From: Desulfobacterales bacterium
Lineage (GTDB): Bacteria; Desulfobacterota; Desulfobacteria; Desulfobacterales; UBA5852
Direction of reading: 5' to 3'
Length of the DNA stretch: 64,000 nt
Assembly: GCA_963674755.2 (NCBI GenBank)
Contig: CAXXVS010000002.1
Location: forward strand, 1,888,001-1,952,000
In this document: in pieces, positions 9,273 through 18,536 of the stretch
How positions within the stretch are numbered: position 1 is the first letter of the stretch
How the letters are laid out: each line of letters opens with the position of its first letter
The notes under the pieces: model-generated
Database searches by the model: none
What the model saw: the letters and a program-made list of their open reading frames with translations, nothing else
Told to the model about the DNA's origin: nothing
Program-made: the position numbers and the translations under genes

Positions 9273-10072
9273 ATCCGATACCCGATCTGACGCCCATGCT
9301 AAAGCAGCTTCGCCTGTCGGGAATCCTGGACTCCATCGAGTCGCGCAACCGGCAGGCCATCGAAAACAAGATGTCCTACATGGACTTTCTGGCCACCATC
9401 ATCACCGACGAAATCGCCCGTCGCAACCAGAAGAAATTAGCCTCCGCCCTGCGGCGGGCCAACTTCCGTAACCAGAAAACCCTGGAAGAGTTTGACTTCG
9501 CCTACAATCCCAACATCAATCGCGCCCTGGTCATGGAGCTGGCCTCGTGCCGGTTCATGGCCGAGCGGGTCTGTGTGTTCATCATCGGCCCGTGCGGAAC
9601 GGGAAAAAGCCATCTGGCGCAGGCCCTCGGCCACAGCGCCATTCGAAACGGGCACAGCGTGCTCTTTACTTCCGCATCCAAGATGCTCTCCCAGCTAAAC
9701 GCCGCCCGGGCAACCAACGGCTACGATCGGCATTTTGCAAAGATCGCCGGCGTCGATCTCCTGATCATTGACGACTTCGGCCTTAAACCCCTCAAACCCG
9801 CTCAGGACGAGGACTTCCACGATGTCATCTCAGAGCGCTACGAGCGCAAAAGCACCATCGTGACCTCGAACCTGGACATCCCGGAATGGACCGACGCCTT
9901 TCCAAACCGGATTTTGGGGGAAGCCACCGTCGACCGGCTGCGCCACGGTGCCTACACCGTCGTGCTGGAGGGCAAGAGCTATCGCTCCCCGCGACCGGTC
10001 TCCAAATCAGCTAAAAACACATGTCAAAAAACGCCCAAAAACGGCGGTTCGAAAGGGGGTGAAAAACAATAG
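9269..10072 (+). CDS. istB: IS21 helper ATPase IstB
   Basis: GPCGTGKSHLA Walker A, LLIIDDFG, TSN, DRLRH; ATGA overlap with istA. Confidence 0.95.
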   Translation: MNPIPDLTPMLKQLRLSGILDSIESRNRQAIENKMSYMDFLATIITDEIARRNQKKLASALRRANFRNQKTLEEFDFAYNPNINRALVMELASCRFMAERVCVFIIGPCGTGKSHLAQALGHSAIRNGHSVLFTSASKMLSQLNAARATNGYDRHFAKIAGVDLLIIDDFGLKPLKPAQDEDFHDVISERYERKSTIVTSNLDIPEWTDAFPNRILGEATVDRLRHGAYTVVLEGKSYRSPRPVSKSAKNTCQKTPKNGGSKGGEKQ

Positions 10073-10163
10073 TTTGAAGCCGGTCCGAAAACCGCTTTTT
10101 GGTCGGTTTGAAATGGCCCCATTAAGGCGATCATAGGTGGCCTCATTAGGGTGATCATTGACA

Positions 10164-10571
10164 TTCCTGAACCATTTCCTCGATCGACTTGCGAACCAAG
10201 CTTGTTCGGACTGACTGCCCCCGGGCGATCAGAACATTATCCGATGCGTCACGGAACTGGATTTTCAGCATCAACAGGTAGTTGGTCATGTCCCACATCC
10301 AGCGGTCTTCGTACATGACGACCACCTCGGTGCCGGCAGGCATGTCGGCTTCCAGACCCGACGATACGCGTTGCAGGCCCATGGCGCGCATTTCATTGGC
10401 GACAGTCAGGTCGATCTGACGTGGATCATTCGCATGACGCACCACATAGTAGCTTTTGTCAGGACCGATTACCGCATTCGGGAGCACCCTTGAGTTGATG
10501 TATTGCGTGTAGCACCCTGTCAGCGCGGCCAAAGATACCGCCAGCAGGACCAAGATTGAAAACCTTCGCAT
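10164..10571 (-). pseudogene. Lipoprotein interrupted near its C-terminus by IS21 (remainder 7418-7459)
   Basis: MRRFSILVLLAVSLAALTGC lipobox; RWMWDMTNYL; IS removal restores ...MVQETLVAILSPKTKEV* abutting the next lipoprotein start. Confidence 0.8.
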
Positions 10572-10668
10572 TCGCTTCCCTCCTGATAACCCTTTTCCAT
10601 GATGATGAAACCGTACCTGCCACGAAGCCGAATCCTTGTTCCATTCCGCGGCATCGTTCGCTTGTCGA

Positions 10669-10704
10669 CAAAAAAACCCGAAAGCCGCCGAAGCTTCCGG
10701 GTTT
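10669..10704 (-). terminator. Intrinsic terminator downstream of riboswitch 2
   Basis: AAACCCGGAAGC-ttcggcg-GCTTTCGGGTTTTTTT on minus strand. Confidence 0.7.
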
Positions 10705-10711
10705 GATATCT

Positions 10712-10790
10712 CATCAGGGCAACCCGGCCACCTCGTTAAGGTCCGTGGCTTTCCGTCCCCGGCTCACACCGGGTTTGGCTTTTCCGGGCG
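10712..10790 (-). ncRNA. c-di-GMP-I (GEMM-I) riboswitch
   Basis: Minus strand AAAAGCCAAACCCGGT-GTGA-GCCGGGGACGGAAAGCCACGGACCTTAACGAGGTGGCCGGGTTGCC. Confidence 0.9.
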
Positions 10791-10860
10791 ACTGTGCAAA
10801 GCGAACATTTTGCGAAGCCGCCGTTATTGATCCTTCAGTAAAATTTTCTACCGCCAGAAC

Positions 10861-10901
10861 CACCCCAAGTCAACCCATGCCAACCCCATGACAACCCCAT
10901 G
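10861..10901. promoter_or_regulatory. Helically phased direct repeats, candidate operator
   Basis: caccccaag / caacccatg / caaccccatg / caaccccatg at 10-11 bp spacing between divergent units. Confidence 0.45.
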
Positions 10902-10994
10902 TTATGATACTATTTTTTCGCTTCCGGATTTGATATTTTCCCAGACGTTTTTATCCTTTGCAGGCACCACGACAATCCATTCAGGGATAAAAAC

Positions 10995-11642
10995 ATGATC
11001 GACTGGAACAAGATCCCCAATGCCAACGCCAACCACAACGCCATCGCCAACCGCACTACCCACGCCATCGTCGTGATCGACATGGACGGCAAAATCTTGA
11101 TGGCCAACGCCAACGCCTGTGATCTGCTCGGCTACGACACCCTGGAGGGCGTCAACGTGCGGGATATCATCCCGCCGCCCTACACCATGCTGTTTCAACC
11201 GGAGTCTATGGAAAAGGGGTTCGGATCGGATATCCGCCAGGTGCTGCACAGGGACGGCCGCCTGATCTGGATGGCCGTCGAGGGGGTGGTCTTGAAGGAC
11301 GAGCAGGGCGCCCCCTGGGGGGTATTTCTCTACATGTACGACACCACCACCGAACGGGAGTTGCAGGCCGAAGTGGATCACTTGAGCGCCCATCTGCGCG
11401 GGGTGGTCTCCTCTCTGCAGCAGGCGCTCAACAAGGGCAGGGCCCTGCCGCCGGAGGTTACCCCGGCCGAACGGGAGATCGCAGCCCTGGTCAAAAAGGG
11501 CATGACCTGCAAAAAAATCGCGGCCATGCGCGGCATGGGCGTCAAGTCCGTGGAAAACGCTCGGGTGGCGCTGAGAAAAAAGCTAGGGGTGGCGCACCGC
11601 GACAACCTGCAGGCGGTGCTGCAGGAATACGGGGATCTCTGA
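10995..11642 (+). CDS. PAS + LuxR-type HTH transcriptional regulator
   Basis: PAS (AIVVIDMDGKILMAN..ACDLLGY) and TPAEREIAALVKKGMTCKKIA...VENARVALRKKLG. Confidence 0.88.
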   Translation: MIDWNKIPNANANHNAIANRTTHAIVVIDMDGKILMANANACDLLGYDTLEGVNVRDIIPPPYTMLFQPESMEKGFGSDIRQVLHRDGRLIWMAVEGVVLKDEQGAPWGVFLYMYDTTTERELQAEVDHLSAHLRGVVSSLQQALNKGRALPPEVTPAEREIAALVKKGMTCKKIAAMRGMGVKSVENARVALRKKLGVAHRDNLQAVLQEYGDL

Positions 11643-11653
11643 AAAGCCTCGAT

Positions 11654-11871
11654 GGGACACGGATCACCGCCGATACACACGGATAAAGCGTTTTCGCACG
11701 CAAAGCCGCGAAGCGCGCAAAGGGGCAAAAAAGCCGATAGCTGTCAGGCTGTTGAGCTGATAAGCGAACACCCAAATAACGAATAACCAATTTTCTATTT
11801 TATCCTGCAGTCCTTTGCGCCTTTGCGTGAGATAAATGGCCTTTCGGCTTTCTTTGCGGCTTTGCGTGAGA
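11654..11871. repeat. Second CACGCAAAG/CTTTGCG palindromic cluster with ACACGGAT repeats
   Basis: cacgcaaagccgcgaagcgcgcaaag followed by two ctttgcg.ctttgcgtgaga; acacggat x2. Confidence 0.65.
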
Positions 11872-12061
11872 CAAGGGGGTTTTCGTGTTGGGAACCGCGT
11901 CGGCAATCGGAAGATAGCGGATAGAAAGGCCGTGCGATTTTCAAGAGGCCAAATTGTCCGCTACCCAGGATTACGCGCGCTCGCGGCATGTTGAACGGAG
12001 ATGGGTTATGCAACCAAAAAAGGAAGCCAGAGCGAGTTCCCTGACTTCCTTTTTTATTAGG

Positions 12062-12106
12062 TGGTACGCCCGGAGGGATTCGAACCCCCGACCTACGGAT
12101 CCGAAG
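12062..12106 (-). repeat. att site: 45-bp duplicate of tRNA-Arg 3' half
   Basis: Identical to 14036-14080; followed on minus strand by its own terminator hairpin (about 12016-12058). Confidence 0.95.
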
Positions 12107-12273
12107 AAAAGAACTTTTGGGCTTCCCAACCCCCTCAAAACGCTATTTCTTGTTAATATTTTTGCTTAATTTCAATTGCTAATTTTTTACAATATTGTCA
12201 TTTTTTGGCTGATTTTGGAAAAATTCTCACACGATTCTCACATCAAAACAGCCTCAAAAAAGGTACTGCCCAA

Positions 12274-12945
12274 TCAAAACTCCAAGAGTTTTTTTGCCAG
12301 GCTGTGCAGTTCGTCATTCGCAAGAGCAACTACCTTCTTTTTGACCGTCCGTGAATAATATTCCTTTTCGGTCTTGGTCAGCGGCAGCCCTTCGAGCTTC
12401 TTCTTGAACAACTCCTTCTGCTTAGGCGAGAACACCTGGGATAAGGCGTACTCCAGGGAGAATTCGGCATGCTTTTCCTGGCGGCGCTTGTCCGTTTCAG
12501 CCTTTTTCTCGAAATAGAGATCGAACAGCCCCTTGACGCGCTCTGAATCGAGGACGGTATTATCCCATCTTATCGTACGATCTCGCGCCAAATCCTTTTT
12601 CCATGCCCGAACCAAAGCCTTCTCCTGTTCAGAAAAGGTTTTTTTAAAAGCTTGCCACCAAGAGAAGGACAAGTGATACAGCGAAAACAAGACACCGGAA
12701 AAGAGCAACAGGCGGCGGAAATGATCTTTCTGCCATTGGTTATCCAAGTGCTGCTCGACCAGATCCGGTGCGAACTGATAGGTTTCCGCAGCATTGGCCA
12801 ACAGCACCGGGAAACCTTCCCAAAGTCGCGTATCGACACTTTTGACGACCTCGGCCAGGGTCTCGTTGACATCCAGTTGTTCGACGGGCTCGAACATCGG
12901 GAAGCCGAGCCTCGACAAGCTGGACAGAAGTTTCTGATCAGCCAT
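12274..12945 (-). CDS. Hypothetical protein, putative partner/antitoxin with C-terminal HTH-like segment
   Basis: Overlaps upstream NTase stop; basic helical tail FSPKQKELFKKKLEGLPLTKTEKEYYSRTVKKK. Confidence 0.7.
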   Translation of the reverse strand: MADQKLLSSLSRLGFPMFEPVEQLDVNETLAEVVKSVDTRLWEGFPVLLANAAETYQFAPDLVEQHLDNQWQKDHFRRLLLFSGVLFSLYHLSFSWWQAFKKTFSEQEKALVRAWKKDLARDRTIRWDNTVLDSERVKGLFDLYFEKKAETDKRRQEKHAEFSLEYALSQVFSPKQKELFKKKLEGLPLTKTEKEYYSRTVKKKVVALANDELHSLAKKLLEF

Positions 12946-13525
12946 AGAGGCCCCTTTCTTTCAACAAATCCAAGAAATGATCGATATTCGGCCGCAAGCG
13001 GTGTTCGGCAACGTCATAGCGGACCAAATCAATAAAGTGACGGACCAATTTTTGGATATCGAGCGTTGCGTAATGGGCCTCGGCTAAACTTACACAGTCG
13101 TCGAAATCGACCCTGGTGCCCCGCATCAGTTTACTGGCGATCAAGTCGTAATCGTTTAACATACCGATATAAAGATACGAAAATTCCATAAGTGCAGAAT
13201 GTCGCCCCTCATCGAGCGGGGAATCCAGCAGTTCCGTCGTGTGAATTCGATTCCCACTGAAGATATCGAAACGGAAATCCTCCCCTGAGCGCATCCAACC
13301 GGCACCGGTCGTCTGCTCGTAGCCCAGCGCTTTCAACCGTTTTATCAGATAATGATACTCGGCTTCCCTGGGCGCCATAAAATCGACATCCTTGGTCGAC
13401 GGTTTTACCCCCAGCAAAGTCATGGCCGTGCCGCCACAGGCGATAAGGTGAACTTTACGCCTGAGGAATCGGTTCCACTCCCCAAGTATGCCAAGAAGCC
13501 TGTTTTTATCTAGCCTGTAGACCAT
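12938..13525 (-). CDS. Nucleotidyltransferase (DUF6036/AbiEii-like)
   Basis: GGTAM...STKDVDF (GG/DxD), later DLIASKL..G...DFDD. Confidence 0.8.
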   Translation of the reverse strand: MVYRLDKNRLLGILGEWNRFLRRKVHLIACGGTAMTLLGVKPSTKDVDFMAPREAEYHYLIKRLKALGYEQTTGAGWMRSGEDFRFDIFSGNRIHTTELLDSPLDEGRHSALMEFSYLYIGMLNDYDLIASKLMRGTRVDFDDCVSLAEAHYATLDIQKLVRHFIDLVRYDVAEHRLRPNIDHFLDLLKERGLYG

Positions 13526-13569
13526 ATAGACCTATATGTACAAGCATTTGTATTTTTAAGAACAATTAT

Positions 13570-13607
13570 TTGTATATATTTATACAATTATAGGTATGGG
13601 TTGTCAA
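13570..13607 (-). promoter_or_regulatory. sigma70 promoter with overlapping palindromic operator
   Basis: TTGACA-N17-TATAAA; inverted repeat TTGTATA-N4-TATACAA (13570-13587) covers the -10. Confidence 0.7.
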
Positions 13608-13619
13608 GCGAACATGCCT

Positions 13620-14022
13620 GCCGCTTTCTACGCCTCAGGATATCCTGAGCAGACGCTACCAGCGGCGGGACAAACGCAAAGCCTGGGTATTCCGGCATTG
13701 CTACCGGGACTGCACCCGGAAAGCGTGGGCGGAAGGCCCCTTCGTGAACCGGAAGCGAATCATGCAGCCCCTGTGCACCAAAGCCGGGGGCAGGTACTTC
13801 CGCTTCCATACCCTGCGCCACTTCGGGGCCTCGATGTTGGATCAGGCCAGCGTTTCCATCGGCTCGATCCAGCGCATTCCGGGACATGAAAACCGGTCGA
13901 CCCCGGAGATATATCTCCACGCGATCGGCAACAGTGAACGTGAGGCCATGGACGTACTGAACGCCATGTCCGAGACTTTTTCTCGTACCATAAAAAAGGG
14001 CGTCACAGCCCTAAGACTGTAA
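13620..14022 (+). pseudogene. Tyrosine integrase C-terminal fragment
   Basis: FHTLRHFGAS...GHEN..TPEIYLH; N-terminal domains missing; points at the tRNA. Confidence 0.85.
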
Positions 14023-14035
14023 CGCCCTTTTTTAT

Positions 14036-14112
14036 TGGTACGCCCGGAGGGATTCGAACCCCCGACCTACGGATCCGAAGTCCGGCGCTCTATCCAGCTG
14101 AGCTACGGGCGC
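14036..14112 (-). tRNA. tRNA-Arg(UCG)
   Basis: GCGCCCGTAGCTCAGCTGGATAGAGCG..CTTCGGA loop..GGTTCGAATCC..ACCA; terminator at about 13992-14033. Confidence 0.95.
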
Positions 14113-14114
14113 AT

Positions 14115-14238
14115 TAGCGATGTCCCAAAAGCGCATCTTCTGCGTTGCCGTTCATTTTTATTCTTGCGACGTACATGGGTACACCGCATTCATAAAAAAC
14201 TCCGGCGCCTTGAATCTGCCTCTATTGGGAAATCGCTA
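14115..14238. repeat. MITE-like element between tRNAs
   Basis: TIR tagcgatgtcccaa / ttgggaaatcgcta; internal cgtac..gtac core and gcgccttga shared with the 20271 array. Confidence 0.6.
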
Positions 14239-14305
14239 ACGAGCTCGTAGAAGCGACAAGACCATTGATAATGCAGACGCTCATCAATGGTCTTTGCTTT
14301 AAAAA

Positions 14306-14382
14306 TGGGGTGAGTGATGGGACTTGAACCCACGACCCTCAGGGCCACAACCTGATGCTCTGCCAACTGAGCTACACCCACC
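14306..14382 (-). tRNA. tRNA-His(GUG)
   Basis: Cloverleaf with TTGTGGC anticodon loop, G-1, CCA end. Confidence 0.95.
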
Positions 14383-14631
14383 GCAATGAACGCGGATATC
14401 TAACAGAAGCGCCCCCCAAAAGCAAGGACAAAATCGTTCTGCAAGGGTTTACGGGAACGGTGTCCACGCCTGCCGGGAAGTCCCTTTCCCGGGGGTGCGG
14501 TACCTGTCTCCGAAGGCCTGTGGCCGTCCGACAGCTTCCCCACCGACCGCCAGGTCAGTGTTGACCCCGGTTCCCAACTGCTATAGGATATCCGTCACAT
14601 TTCAATCCTGGGGAAAGGCCACCATAAGCAC

Positions 14632-14802
14632 ATGTCATTTCAGATATTTATCATCAGGGCCCTGATGGGCCTGGGCATGGCCGTGGTGCTGACCCGGATG
14701 TTTCGGGGCCACAGCGATCCGGTCTACGTCATCGGCCTGGCCACCATCCTGGTGGGGCTGGCCTATGCCATGGAGTACCTGCGCAAGCGCAAGAAGCGCT
14801 AG
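14632..14802 (+). CDS. Small two-helix membrane protein (56 aa) upstream of selB
   Basis: MSFQIFIIRALMGLGMAVVLTRMFRGHSDPVYVIGLATILVGLAYAMEYLRKRKKR; host-like codon bias; TTGACC-N17-TAGGAT at 14561-14589. Confidence 0.75.
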   Translation: MSFQIFIIRALMGLGMAVVLTRMFRGHSDPVYVIGLATILVGLAYAMEYLRKRKKR

Positions 14803-14829
14803 CGCCGGCTGCAGGGGAGTCCAATCAGC

Positions 14830-16740
14830 GTGAAACAGATCATTCTCGGCACGGCCGGCCACATCGATCACGGCAAGACCAGCCTCATCAAAGCGGTCAG
14901 CGGGATCGATACGGACCGCCTGAAGGAAGAGAAGCAGCGCGGCATCACCATCGAGCTGGGCTTCGCCTCCCTGGACCTGCCCGACGGCCAGCACGTGGGC
15001 ATCGTGGACGTGCCCGGCCACGAGAAATTCGTCAAGAACATGGTGGCCGGGGCCACCGGCATCGACATCGTGGCCATGGTGATCGCGGCCGACGAGGGCG
15101 TCATGCCCCAGACCCGGGAGCACATGGAGATCTGCACCCTGCTGGGCGTGCAGCACGGCTTCGTGGTACTCACCAAGATCGATATGGTGGACGAAGAGTG
15201 GCTGGAACTGGCCATGGACGACATCCGGACCTTCAGCCAGGGCACCTTTCTGGAAGACCGCCCCATCGTGCCGGTCTCCTCGGTCACGGGGGCAGGCCTC
15301 CCGCAATTCATCGAAACGCTCCAGGCCATCTGCAAGGAGGTGCCCGAGCGCAAGCAGACCGGCCTTTTCCGTCTGCCGGTGGACCGGGTCTTCACCATGA
15401 AGGGCTTCGGCACCGTGATCACGGGCTCCCTGGTCTCAGGCAAGATTGCCGTGGGGGAGACCATTATGATCTACCCCTCCCTGACCAAGTCCAAGGTGCG
15501 CGGCATCCAGGTGCACAACCAGAGCGTCAACGAGGCCCTGGCAGGCCAGCGCACGGCCATCAACTTTCAGGGCCTGGACATCGCCGCCGTCAACCGGGGG
15601 GATGTGCTGGCCCGTCCCGACACGCTATCCCCCAGCTATATGGCGGATCTGGACTTCCACTACCTGGCCAGCGCGCCCAAACCCATCAAGAACCGCACCC
15701 GCATCCGTTTTCACACCGGCACCAGCGAAATCATGGGCAATCTGATCCTGCTGGACAGCGAAGAGCTGGCCCCCGGCGCCTCAGCCGCCGTCCAGGTGCG
15801 CCTGGACACCCCGGTGGCCATCGTGAAAGAAGACCGCTACGTGATCCGCAGCTATTCGCCGGTACGCACCATCGGCGGCGGCCAGGTGCTCAACCCGATT
15901 CCGTCCAAACACAAGCGTTTCCGCACCGAGATCAGCGATGCCCTGAATGCCCTCGTGGAAATGCCACCGGAGGAGGTGATCGCCTTCCATGCCCGCCAGG
16001 CCGGCTTCCAGGGGGCGGAATACAGCGAACTGCGGCTGGTGACCAACCTCCCGGACAAGAAGCTCGAAGCCGCCCTCGGCACGCTGCTCTCGCACCGGGA
16101 CCTGATCATGGTGGACCGGGAGCGCCGGCTCTACGTCCATGCCGAAACTTATGCCTATCTGCGGCAGCTGGTGCTCGAACAACTCGAAGCCTACCATGCC
16201 AGGAATCCCCTCAAGGCCGGCATGCCCCGGGAAGAGCTGCGCAGCAAATTTCCGCGCCGCATCAATCCCAAGCTGGCCCCTCTGGTGCTCAACCAGATGC
16301 TCAAGAGTGAAGAACTGGCCGCCGAAGACGACCTCATCCGCCTGGCCGGCCATAGAGTCTCCCTGGCGGTGGACCAAAGCCAGCTGCGGGAGAAAATCCT
16401 GCAAGCCTACGTCCGGGGTGGCCTCATGCCCCCCTATTTCACGGAGATCTGCCAGTCCCTGGAGGTCTCGCCGCGGGATGCCCGGGATGTGCTGCAGCTG
16501 CTGGTGGAAGACAAGCAACTGGTCAAGGTCAAGGAAGATCTCTATTTTCAACGGACGGCCATCGAAGACTTGAGAGAACGCCTGGTGGCGTTTCTGCGGG
16601 ACAGGGGCGCCATCACCACGCCCGAGTTCAAGGATATGACTGGTGCATCCCGCAAATATGTGATACCTCTGGCAGAGTATTTCGACACGGCCAATGTCAC
16701 GATTCGTGTCGGCGATACCCGCCAGTTGCGAAAAGGATAG
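14830..16740 (+). CDS. selB: Selenocysteine-specific elongation factor
   Basis: [21 protein letters not shown]-terminal winged helices [13 protein letters not shown]. Confidence 0.98.
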   Translation: MKQIILGTAGHIDHGKTSLIKAVSGIDTDRLKEEKQRGITIELGFASLDLPDGQHVGIVDVPGHEKFVKNMVAGATGIDIVAMVIAADEGVMPQTREHMEICTLLGVQHGFVVLTKIDMVDEEWLELAMDDIRTFSQGTFLEDRPIVPVSSVTGAGLPQFIETLQAICKEVPERKQTGLFRLPVDRVFTMKGFGTVITGSLVSGKIAVGETIMIYPSLTKSKVRGIQVHNQSVNEALAGQRTAINFQGLDIAAVNRGDVLARPDTLSPSYMADLDFHYLASAPKPIKNRTRIRFHTGTSEIMGNLILLDSEELAPGASAAVQVRLDTPVAIVKEDRYVIRSYSPVRTIGGGQVLNPIPSKHKRFRTEISDALNALVEMPPEEVIAFHARQAGFQGAEYSELRLVTNLPDKKLEAALGTLLSHRDLIMVDRERRLYVHAETYAYLRQLVLEQLEAYHARNPLKAGMPREELRSKFPRRINPKLAPLVLNQMLKSEELAAEDDLIRLAGHRVSLAVDQSQLREKILQAYVRGGLMPPYFTEICQSLEVSPRDARDVLQLLVEDKQLVKVKEDLYFQRTAIEDLRERLVAFLRDRGAITTPEFKDMTGASRKYVIPLAEYFDTANVTIRVGDTRQLRKG

Positions 16741-16961
16741 AAAGCGTCCCCAAACCTCCGATCGCATTCAAGGGCAAGACGCGGCCTGATCCCAAAGCGG
16801 CGCCGATTCAAAATAATGTGCGTATATCAAAGAAGATCCAACTTGCCATAACCTAAACTATCAGATGCGGCCGGCTGCCCAGGCAGACAACGCCGCCCCG
16901 AGACGTTGGATGGAGGTTGAAACGACTTCGATCCCATCTTCGTCATACTTCAGGAGCCCCA

Positions 16962-18155
16962 ATGGAAAACACACCGAATCCGGATCCTGGTGAAAAACAA
17001 AGCAAAGAATTCAAATGGTTCGCAGCCAAACGCATCATTCTGGGGGGCATCGGCATCGTGCTCGTCCTGTGGCTGGTGAGCTTTAGCCTGAGCTTTTTCG
17101 AAACGCCCGAAACGGAACAAGACGCGCATATGTCTCCAATGGCGGACAAGCAAACCGCCCACGAGACAGCCACTCCCGAGACGGCCGGCGAGGCGGCCGG
17201 ACACAGCCCTGTCGTGGAGGGCGAAACCAGCGGCCACGACACGCTCCCCCCGGCCCATGAAGCCGCCGCGCCGGAAGACCAGGTCCATGCCAATCCCCAG
17301 ACGGCGGCCGAGGGCCCCTCCCCGGAGAGCGGCCATGCCGCCCCGGCCACCGGCGAGGGCGCTGCCCAAGGCACGGCCGGACATGCCGCCTTCAGCACAA
17401 CCGGGGTACGGGGCGTGGCTTTCGTGGATGCCATGATAGCGCCCATGCACTACGAGCTCTATGACCGTTTTTACGGCTGGCGGCCCAACGACATCATCGA
17501 ATGGACCGACAATGTCAACAACTACCAGCTGGGCGTCCTGGAAGTCACCCGGCGCACGGCGGAAGTATTGGCCGAGCGGATTTCCCGCACCGGCAGCACC
17601 CAGTCCTTCGAAAAAGAACTCGAAAAGGCACGCAGCAATTTCAACATCAATGCCGACAAGTACTGGCTGCCCTCGGCGGAAACCAGCTACAAGGAAGCCC
17701 TCAAGCTGCTGGAAAACTACAAGGGCAAGTTGATGAACGGCACCGCCCTGTTTTACAACCGCACCGACAACCTGATCCCGCTGCTGCGGGCCTATGAGAA
17801 CCTTCTGGGCAGCTGCGACGACAATCTGATTAAATCCAAGGAGGATGACGGCACGGACGTCAGCTGGTTCATGGCGGACAATTACTTCTACTACGCCAAA
17901 GGGGTGGCCAGTGCCATGCACTCGATCCTGGGTGCCGTGGCGGTGGATTTTGCCAATACCATCGAAACCCGGCGCGGCACCGAGGTCCTGCACCATGCCA
18001 TCGAGGCCTTGAGCCATGCCACCCACATCGATCCCTGGCTGGTAACCGACGCCGCCCCGGACGGCATCCTGGCCAACCACCGGGCCAACATGGCCGGCCC
18101 CATCAGCCATGCCCGGTTTTATATCGGGTTGCTGGTCGAAACCCTCTCCACCTGA
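16962..18155 (+). CDS. DUF2333-like membrane-anchored protein
   Basis: N-terminal TM, His/Ala-rich linker, DNVNNYQLGVLE and ADNYFYYAKG..ANHRANMA. Confidence 0.7.
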   Translation: MENTPNPDPGEKQSKEFKWFAAKRIILGGIGIVLVLWLVSFSLSFFETPETEQDAHMSPMADKQTAHETATPETAGEAAGHSPVVEGETSGHDTLPPAHEAAAPEDQVHANPQTAAEGPSPESGHAAPATGEGAAQGTAGHAAFSTTGVRGVAFVDAMIAPMHYELYDRFYGWRPNDIIEWTDNVNNYQLGVLEVTRRTAEVLAERISRTGSTQSFEKELEKARSNFNINADKYWLPSAETSYKEALKLLENYKGKLMNGTALFYNRTDNLIPLLRAYENLLGSCDDNLIKSKEDDGTDVSWFMADNYFYYAKGVASAMHSILGAVAVDFANTIETRRGTEVLHHAIEALSHATHIDPWLVTDAAPDGILANHRANMAGPISHARFYIGLLVETLST

Positions 18156-18536
18156 CCCTGACAGGAATCACCGGGCGCTGCGGATTGATCCTGGGGAGAA
18201 AACCGTGCGCCGTATCGATAGGGCCATCTATAAAGGGCATCTTTCAGCTCCGGCCCCACGGCCGGTGGACCGGGTCCCCGAATAGGGATCCATCCACCTT
18301 TGGGGCACAAGCCGGCCTTCGCGCGCTTTGGAAATCCTCGCCGTCGGTTTCCATCCCCAGCGGCGTTAAACCAGACGGGAAGTCCCGCCAAGCGGGACCC
18401 ATCGCTGCGACCTTGGCCGAAACCCCAATTTACCATCTCTGGACGGACAATAGAGAATGCTCTGGCTGGTTTCATGATCCTGGACTGACACATGTAATCC
18501 GATTGTTTCTGCCTCCCGCCACCCGGAGCGTCCCGC

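Larger units (their letters stand above)
7466..10163 (+). mobile_element. IS21-family element with 6-bp TSD
   Basis: TG...CA ends (TGTTAATGGTCAC / GTGATCATTGACA); TTCCTG at 7460-7465 and 10164-10169; istA-istB. Confidence 0.95.
12107..14035. mobile_element. tRNA-Arg-integrated island remnant (~1.9 kb)
   Basis: Bounded by 45-bp direct repeats; integrase fragment; ATTCTCACA direct repeats at 12223-12231 and 12234-12242 (arm-site-like). Confidence 0.85.

Noticed and set aside
12062..12106. Second tRNA-Arg gene
   Set aside because: Only the 3' half from the anticodon loop; it is an att duplicate.
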